Source: the human T2T-CHM13v2.0 reference genome, Homo sapiens. Taken from it: DNA of 64,000 bases. The notes under the pieces were generated by a model that saw nothing but the letters and a program-made list of their open reading frames with translations, had not been told where the DNA came from and made no database searches. A program made the position numbers and the translations under genes. The stretch lies in assembly GCF_009914755.1 (NCBI RefSeq), contig NC_060930.1; one strand, 5' to 3'. Position 1 is the stretch's first letter, and every line of letters begins with the position of its first letter. Positions 53,863-64,000 of the stretch are shown here, in pieces.

Positions 53863-54161
53863 GGGCTGAACGTAGTGGCTCACGCCTATAATCCCAGCAC
53901 TTTGGGAGGCAAAGGAAGGTGGATCACTTGAGGTCAGGAGTTTGAGACCAGCCTCCAACATGGTGAAACCCCGTCTCTACTAAAAAAAAAAAAAAAATTA
54001 GCTGGGTGTGGTGGCATGCACCTGTAGTCTCAGCTACTCATCAGGCTGAGGCAGGAGAATCGCTTGAACCCAGGAGACAGAGGGTGCAGTGAGCCGAGAT
54101 CATGCCATTGCACTCCAGCCTGAGCCATAGAGTGAGTCTTGGTCTCAAAAAAAAAAAAAAA
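53863..54161 (+). mobile_element. AluS
   Basis: Dimer; degenerate TSD aaaa(g/a)cc(a/t)tgtgttgg. Confidence 0.93.
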
Positions 54162-54702
54162 CCTTGTGTTGGAAACCATCTCCAATGAAGCAGTGTTAGG
54201 AGATAGGGCCTAATGGATATAAATTACAGTGTCTAAGATGGATACTTTACTCTTTTCTTTTGAGAAGGGAGAGAGTATGTTATGCACTGAGAACTTTTCA
54301 GATTTCTTGCAGAGGTCATAATGTTCCAGACAAGCTGGCAGCAATCATTCCCATCCCATCACAGATCCAGGCTTATTTGTAGAATGGTTACACAAACCAA
54401 GCAAAACCTTCTGTAAAGTTTCTACCCTTTGCTCTAAAGTTACATAAAAACAATTTCCAAGTTTGTTCACTGTGTATATTTTGTTCTTTTTCATGGTAGA
54501 TTTGTCTGTTGGAGTTAGATATCCCTAAATAGTGTGTTCAAATGATGTTTTTTTCTGACTGTTCAATCTCCAGCATATTTCTGAGGGAGAAAGGACATTG
54601 ACTTTGGAGAAAGAAAGCTGTGTAATTACAAATGGACTATTACAAAGAACTATGCCTTCCTTTTTGAGGAGAAAAAAGATGGTTTTTAAAAATTAATACG
54701 CA

Positions 54703-54995
54703 GGCTGGGCGTGGTAGCTCACGCCTGTAATCCAAGTCCTTTGGGAGGCTGAGGTGGGAGGATGGCTTGAGCTCAGGAGTTTGAGACCAGCTTTGGCAAC
54801 ATAGTGAGACCTCATCTCTACAAAAAAAATTTAAAAATTAGCCAGGCATAGTGATGCATGCCTGTAGTTTCAGCTACTTGGGAGGCTGAGATGGGAGGAT
54901 TGCTTGAGCCCCAGAGATGGAGGCCGTGTGAACCATGATCATGCCACTGCACTCCAACCTGGGAGACAGAGCAAGACCCTATCTCAAAAAATAAT
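54703..54995 (+). mobile_element. AluJ
   Basis: Diverged dimer. Confidence 0.92.
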
Positions 54996-56293
54996 AGCAA
55001 TACACAGAACTACCAGCCTTAGTTTATAACATTAGCCACAGATGGATCAAATGTAATAAAAGTACAAAAAGCGTGAGTCATTGGTTAATGGTAGCAGCTC
55101 CAGATCTCCAAGGGCTTCTCTGCATTCCAGTGGCCACAAAAATATTTTTCTTAATTGATTTGAACTCATAGTGGCACAAAAAAATGAAAAACAAGTTTCG
55201 TCAATGGTCAGAAGATGAGAAAGAAAGTAAATCAGTGATGTAGGGAGTAATATGAGCAACTTTCCAACCTACTAATGCAACCTATCAATTTGACCAAACT
55301 CATGTCTTAAGACCCAGATGCAAAGAAAAGATGTATCTTAGATGACAGAAGATAACAGAATCCTCAAGACAAAAACAAAGTACAATCAGATGTCCTGTCA
55401 TTGTTGCCTCACAAAGAACGGATCGACCATTAAAATGTGTATTTTCAACATTGCTGCCACCAAAGGAGAAATAAGTGGCTGTTTACAAATCAGAACCAGT
55501 GTCAAACGCAGACTTGGCCAGGAAGCAAAAAACATATGAAGAGCCAGAAAAAGAACTTGAATCAACTAGATGAAGACTTTATTGCCTCAAGACTGGAAAA
55601 TGTATACCTCGAACAGCCCTTGAGTTGCTCTTCATGGACAATGTGGTGGACTTTACCCTGGTTGATGCATACACAAAATCTTAGAGGAATCTACACAATT
55701 GTCAAAGAAATATAGACAAAGGATTTAGGGGGGAAAGTTTACTTTCAAGGAAAGTTTGCAAGCAACTCCCAAGTTTTAAAAGAACTGGCTCATCAAATAA
55801 AAAAATACAAAAAAAAAAAAAGGAAAACCCACAAAATTACCAGTATTACCAAGTTTGTAGTTGTCCAATCATGGTAGAAAAGACAGCGATTTTCTCACAT
55901 GATTGTCATAGCCACAAAGATCATCACAGATTTTCATCTATTATCATTGCAAAAGTTGGCAATAAAATTGCTTTTATTAAAGGAATTAGTAAATTATAAA
56001 CAAAACTTAAGGATTATTTTATTTTGGGAAAATGAATGACAGTGACCCTGTTTTTGTTTGCTTATTTCTCTCAGGGTGCAAGATATTTTCTGACTACAAT
56101 GTACATGTTGATAATGCTCTGATAACAGCAGAGCAGTGTGTACATTTTGCTTTCACACATGCTTCTTTTGATCTTTGGTAATTTTTTAAAAAAATGCTTC
56201 CATGAACAGATAATGAGGTGGTTTATTATTATTTGAGGTAAAAGAGACAATAATATGGAGCGGTGGGAGCCAAAGTTTAAGAAAGTTTCTTTG

Positions 56294-56574
56294 GGGCCGG
56301 TCGTAGTGGCTTATGCCTGTAATCCCAGCACTTTGGGAGGCTGAGGCTGGCGGAACATGAGGTCAGGAGTTTAAGACCAGCCTGACCAACATGGTGAAAC
56401 CCCGTCTCTACTAAAAATACAAAAATTAGCTGGACGTGGTGGTGTGCGCCTGTAATCCTAGCTACTCAAGAGGCTGAGGCAGAAGAATCGCTTGAACCCA
56501 GGAGGCAGAGGTTGCAGTGAGCCAAGATTACACCAAAGTGCTGGGATTACAGGCATGAGCCACTGTGCCTGGCT
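56294..56574 (+). mobile_element. Chimeric Alu: sense Alu lacking its 3' end, fused to an antisense Alu 5' end
   Basis: ...gagccaagattacaCCAaagtgctgggattacaggcatgagccactgtgcctggct. Confidence 0.9.
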
Positions 56575-57338
56575 ACTTTGGGTAAGATTTAGTAAAGGCC
56601 ACATCATGAAAACAGTTAAGTTACAGTCATATGTTGAAAGACATTGGAAGGTTATAGAAGCAACAAAGACTAGAAGAACCAAAATTCCAGAAATGAAAGA
56701 GCCTTCCTAGGTGAGTTGACAGTCCCTGGCTATTTGCTTCCTTAGCCAATCTACCAATTCTAGTCACAGTGACAGTTTTGGCATAAGAACCCAAATGCGA
56801 CAAACAGAAGCCAGGGAGACTTTTGAAGGCCATGGCTGCAGGAATGGCAGAGTTGAATCTAATGTCTGAAATATACCCATTGGATATTTGCTGAATGCCA
56901 AGGTGTGAAGGAGTCTGGGGGGCTGGTCTAGAAAGGCAAAGTAAAATCTGCAGTCTTGCCATGCTTAAAAGATAAACCCTGCTAGAAGGAGGAACTGCGT
57001 CAAATATACGACAGTTCTCTCCCTCAAATTTTTGCCAGATTTTGAACTTTCATGGGGTGGGAAACTAAGTTCGAACCTTTGAAGGACAGAATTTCAGAGA
57101 TGAGGAAAAAGAGAAATGTCAATCTATCAATCAAAAGGCTCAGAAGGCACACCTAAGAAGGAAGTTGGAAAGGCAGGTAAAATCTGAGATTAGCTTAGGA
57201 GACAACACCCCACAGGAGAGAGGAAGCCAGCACAAAACACTTGGCCAGTTTTCCTCTCTAGACGTTTGCCAGATTTTGAAGCTGCAGGAGGTTAAAGAGC
57301 TAAACTAAAACCTCTAAAAGGGTAGAAATCTTCGGTTA

Positions 57339-57711
<373 letters not shown>

Positions 57712-58338
57712 ACTAATGTGTTGAGGACAAAATGGGGAAATAGGTAAATTCACTGTAATAAGATTTTAATATACCTAGCTCATATATCCTTTAAAAAATC
57801 AGTGATTACATCAATGGATATAAAAGATTTGAACAACATGACTAGCCAATATGATCTAATTGGCGTATATAAAACACTATTCCCAACATCAGAATACACA
57901 TTTTTTCAAGTATACATGAAACATTTACCAAAATAACCATATGTTGGGTTATAAAGCAAGCTTGACATATTTTTAAAAATTGAAGTCATACGGAATATGT
58001 TCTCAGGCCACAGTGGAATCATACTAGAAACCATAACAGAAAGAACCAGTTTTAAATAACTCTTATGTCAAAGAAGAAATCATAATAGAAATTAGAAAAT
58101 ATTTAAAATATAGTGAAAACACAACATTAAAAACTTCTGTGATGTAGCTAGAATAGTGCTTAGAGGGAAATTTATAATATTAAATACATTACACGAGAGG
58201 TTAAAAATTATTTATCTAAACATCCATCTCAAGAGCTGGAAAAAGAAAAGCAAATTAAACTCAAGATAGTAAAAGCAATGATCTACTAAGTTAGGTGAGC
58301 AGAAATCAGTAAAAGAAAAGGCAGACATGAATAACCTA

Positions 58339-58740
<402 letters not shown>

Positions 58741-60680
58741 CAAGTACAGAAATTACCAATATCAGGAATATAAAAGGAGACAGCACTACACATTTTATAA
58801 ATATTAAAAAGATAAGAAGTTTAAAAGGACAACATCAAGAAAGTGAAAGGATGACCCACAGAATGGAAGAAAATATTTGCAAATTGTACATCTGATAAGG
58901 GACATGTATCTAGAATATATAAGAACTCTTACAACTCATCAATAAAATACAAATAATCCAATTAAAAATAGGCAAAGGATCTGAATGGACATTTCTCCAA
59001 AGAAGACATACAAATGGCCAATAAGCATGTGAAAAGATGATTGACGTCATTAGCCACTGGGAAATGCAAATTAAAACCACAATAAGATACCACTTCACAC
59101 CAACTAGTATGGCTTAAATTAAAAAGACAGATAGTAACAAGTGTTAGCAAGGCTGTGGAGAAATTGAAACTCTCATACATGGCTGATTGGAATGTAAAAT
59201 GGTACAACCACTTTGGAAAAGTCTGGCAGTTTCTCAAAGGTCAAACATATTTACCCTGTAATTCCACTCCTACACATATACTCAAGGGAAATGAAAACAG
59301 ATGTGCACAAAACCTTGTATATGAATGTTCATAGCAATATTATGTATAATTGCCCCCAAATTGAAACAACCCAGATGTCCATCAGTTGATGAACAAATAA
59401 AATGTAGTATAGTTGTTCAATGGAATATTATTCAGCCATTGAAAATGAATGAAGTGCTGATACATGCTACAACAAGGATGAGCCTTGAAAACATGCTAAG
59501 TAAAAGAAGCCAGTCACAAAGGACTACATATTGTATGGTTCTGTTGATATGAAATGTTCATATAAATCTGTAGAGACAAATCTGTAGAGAGAAAGTCAAT
59601 TAGTGGTTGCTTATTGTTAGGAAGAAGAGGTAGCTTAGAGAAAAATGAGGAGTGGCTGGTAATGGCAATAGGGTTTCTTTTTAGGGTAATGAAATGTTCT
59701 AAAATCGATTGTGGTAATGATTGCACAACTCTGAATATACTAAATAAAAATCATTGATTGTGCATTTCATGTGAGTTAATCAGATGTTGTGTTAATTATA
59801 TCTCAACAAAGCTGTTAAAAAGTATGATACTATGAAAAACCTCACATCCCCCCAAAATTCATCTACTTAGATGAAATGTGCTTATATATCCAAATGTTCT
59901 TTTAAAAGTCTTAATAAAATGAACACAAAAATAAATAGAAAATTGAATAGCTATATATCTGTTTAAAAAATTGAATCTGTAATTGAAGTCCTCCCATACA
60001 GAAAACTTCAGTTTACTATATTTCAGAGGTGATTTATTCCAAGTATTTAAGGAAGGATATAGCAATTATAAACATTCTTCAGAAAATAGAGAACACTTCA
60101 CAACATGTCTTATGAGGCCAGCATAATGTTGATACCAAAATTTCACAAAAACATTATAAGAAAAATGACAGGCCAATGTCTCTCATGAACATAAATGCAA
60201 ACATTCTGAAAAACATAGTAGAAAATTGAATACATTTTTCTATAAAAAAGATAACAAATTATGACCAAATGGAGTTTATTCTAAAAACACAATTTTGGAT
60301 TAACTTTTGAAAATCTGTGAAATTAACCACATTAACAAATAGATGAGGGAGATCACATGATTAATAGATGCAGAAAAAGCATTTGACATAATTCACCCTT
60401 TCAAGAAAAAAGTAAAATAAGCCTCTCAGCAAACTAGAAGTAGAAGCAGGTTATTCAACTCAGACTATCAAATATATTTATCTCATGTCCCCTATGTTCT
60501 ATAGACACAATGAAGGGAAAACACTAATGTGTTTATCTGAACAATGCCTAGGGGATGATGAAGCAGACTTGGAAGGAACCCGGGCCGTTGAGTGCCCATT
60601 TAGTAGTGGGGCTGCTCTACAACCCCAGACCATTTACATTAGCACCATTAGGTTAGAGAGATTTAAAAGATCTTTTTTCT

Positions 60681-60972
<292 letters not shown>

Positions 60973-61429
60973 TAGCCACTGGTGATGGTGTCTTTTTGTT
61001 ACAATGGCTTAGCCACACCCCTACTAATGCAGAAGCTGGCATGTAATGTATTTCATTTGAAAGCATAGATGATTTGAAAGCATTTGATGATCAAGATGAC
61101 TACGTATCAAAAATGTTTACCCAACAAGGTTACAGAGTATCTATCTGTGCAGATCAATAAAGAGAATTGGATTAGCCCACAGTGATATGGGACCAGTATG
61201 CTTATCAGTTTAAATTCTGGCATTTGCTAGAATAAAAATAATTGTTTTATTTTGGTACATATCACATTATCAAGTTTTGGGAGCCTTTAAAACACTTGAA
61301 GCTGTGCTGATTTATGTATTTTGATGAGCTTAACTATTTACATTTATTATAATTACTGTTACATTTGAACTTAATTCTGCCATACTTCTTTTTGTTCCCC
61401 CCCACCACCACTTTTCTTACCTTCTATTG

Positions 61430-61784
61430 CAGGGGTCCCCAGTCCCCAGGCCATGGACCAGTACTCATCAGTGGCCTGTTAGGAACTGGGCCACACAGCA
61501 GGAGGTGAGCACAGGCAAGCAAGCATTACCACCTGAGCTTCCTCTGGTCAGATCAGTAGCAGCATTTGGAGTCTCATAGGAGCATGAACCCTATTGTGAA
61601 TGGTTCATGTGAGGGATCTAGGTTGCGTGCTCCTTGTGAGAATCTAGCTAATGCTTGATGATCTGAGGTGGAGCAGTTTCATCCTGAAACCATCCCTCTG
61701 CCTGGCCACCTGCTGCTTCCCATCCATGGAAAAATTGTCTTCCATGAAACCAATCCCTGTTGCCAAAAAGGTTGGGGACCACCG
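61430..61784 (+). mobile_element. MER1B-like hAT-Charlie DNA transposon
   Basis: caggggtcccc...ggttggggacc termini; reverse-complement similarity to 13277-13608. Confidence 0.85.
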
Positions 61785-61880
61785 TTTATTGGATTTAAAA
61801 GTCCTATCTCACCCCTTACTCCCACTTCTTTGGGAAGCTCTAGGATACATTTCTTTTTTTTTTTTTAATAGGTACGGATA

Positions 61881-62234
61881 TTTTTATTTTATTTTTATTT
61901 TTTCCTATTTTTTATTATACTTTAAGTTCTAGGGTACATGTGCACAACGTGCAGGTTTGTTACATATGTATACATGTGCCATGTTGGTGTGCTGCACCCA
62001 TTAGCTCATCATTTACATTAGGTATATCTCCTAATGCTATCCCTCCCCACTCTCCTCATCCTATGACAGGCCCTGGTGTGTGAAGTTCCCCACCCTGTGT
62101 CCAAGTGTTCTCATTGTTCAATTCCCACCTACGAGTGAGAACATGCAGTGTTTGGTTTTCTGTCCTTGCGATAGTTTGCTCAGAATGACGGTTTCTAGCT
62201 TCATCCATGTCCCTACAAATGACATGAACTCATC
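61881..62234 (-). mobile_element. L1PA 3' end fragment
   Basis: Reverse-strand L1 3'UTR; peptide [26 protein letters not shown]. Confidence 0.9.
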
Positions 62235-64000
62235 TAGATGCATTTCTATTCTTTTACTCATCACCTTGAAACTTTTAAAATAGTTACTCAGTATTTCTTT
62301 TCTAAACGTGTCTGCTTTATCCCCATCCAAGCCTGCTGTAACCACACATTGAACACCCCCAAACCTTGCTCAAGCTGATCTTACTATTTTTGTCTTAAAT
62401 TTTAACCACGTTTTAAATGCATAAAAATTATGTATTATACGTAATTATGAATTACAAATAATTAAATGTACTTATTTTTAAAAACATGATTGAAGAAATT
62501 CTCTTTTCTCGCAATCTCTTTTCTAAGACTAAATGAGTTCCCAGTGCTTGCCTGACACACGGTAGGTTCTCAATAAATGAAGCACACCTCCCATACCCCT
62601 CCAAATAAACAGTTGTCTCTTTAAACCTAGACGTGAGTGCTCAGCAGGCATGTATTTCTCTGGGTTGGATTCATTTCATGGACAGTTGTCAAAGACTGAC
62701 CCCTTTATGTTAATTTTCTGAATACTGTGCTTGACTGTGTTGCAAGCTAAACAGTACAGGATTAAATGTTCTCATTTCTGAGCTGTGAAGTGTTGAAACT
62801 GATCAAGAGATGAAGGCAGAATGTCCGTCCTTTGGGAGAATAATCAGCCAGTCTATGTTGCTGCCACTCTTGGCTGCCGATTGGAATGCAGCTGTTAAGG
62901 CAGCTGTTTAACTGTTTGTCCAACTTGAAAGGACACTGCCAAATGGCAAATATTTTCTATAACAACATTTTACTTTTGCTAAGAACAATAACAGTGCATT
63001 TTATTGAGCTCCAATGGCGTGCCAAACACGACAGATTTATTACTAGGCAGGTTCACAACCTGGACTGAACATGGATGCTCATTTCCATTTTTCATATATT
63101 TAGAAAAAGAATAAATGGGCTCCCAAAGGAAGCCTCTACACAAAACATCTCTACAGCTTAATTATTTGTTGAAATGACAGCATATTAACTTGAGAAAATG
63201 AAATATCTCAAAAGGAAAGATGAGAGTCTAGAAATATCACAGGAAAAAAATAAGGTTTAAGTATTTTAAATCTCTCTAATGTGGCCTAAGAGAGACTTAA
63301 CTCATACTTGTCCAGGACAGGTGAGGGCAGCAGTAACACAAGGAAATACATCATCTGTTGAATCCCCTGCAACTTATGGGTCCCAGGACTTCTGAGTCAT
63401 GCAGTTAATCTACATTGTTAATTAGAATGTTGATACTAAGTACTTAACAAACAATTATGTTGAATTTGACAGACTGTGAACCAGGTGAGGTGGGGTGGGA
63501 GGTTATCAGCTGTTATTTAATGGTAAAACCGGTATGCTAAATGTAGGCAGTCAAAATTAAGAAAACACATTCAAATGTGGAAGTACAATTTTCTATTAGA
63601 AGTCAGCAATAACTGCCATTCACAGAAGTTACTGTGTAATCCCCACAAACATTTATCAAGACTGCAGAGGTGAGGGGTGGTGGGGGGTGCATTCTCACTT
63701 ATTAAACCCCACAGCCAAAGCTGAAGCAGAGATGTTTTTGAAGGTGAACTGGGCTAATCAAAGGCATGGCCAGTGGAGATTCTAACCTACTTTTTCTCTA
63801 CTGTTTACTAGATGTTAATTAAATCACAAATGACAACAGTCTAATAGCAAAATGCATGCATTTCTACAAAGTTGACATGATTTCTTGGACAAAGATAGAC
63901 AAAGTTCAACATGCTGGATAATGGTCACTGAGGGCATCAAGATTTGTGATCCTCTTTTTCAGGGATACAGAAAAACAGCAAATACAAATCATGGATGAAA

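Overview
Primate (human-like) genomic DNA, AT-rich and dense in Alu and L1 repeats. The one protein-coding gene I can support is CEP57L1 (centrosomal protein 57-like 1) on the + strand. Its ten coding exons (25284-43018) all have GT-AG borders and splice in frame to 460 aa, or 477 aa with an upstream alternative acceptor. The first, non-coding exon is not in the window. The rest is intronic/intergenic: about 33 Alus, two young inverted L1PA copies, older L1M/L2/MIR pieces, DNA transposon fossils (MER1, MER5, MER44/Tigger7, Tigger4/MER46), an ERVL LTR and microsatellites. The most notable structure involves the two L1s. An antisense L1PA3-like element sits 4 nt from the coding exon 3 splice acceptor and appears to supply its branch point and pyrimidine tract. 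It forms a ~2 kb inverted repeat with an older sense L1 across the first two coding exons, and the two copies share private mutations including the same nonsense codon, suggesting gene conversion. Other points of interest are a near-perfect 94-nt intronic hairpin, a perfect RFX X-box downstream of the gene, and a fused sense/antisense Alu. Repeat subfamily and gene names come from recognition, not from searches. Most short ORFs in the supplied track are repeat-derived noise.
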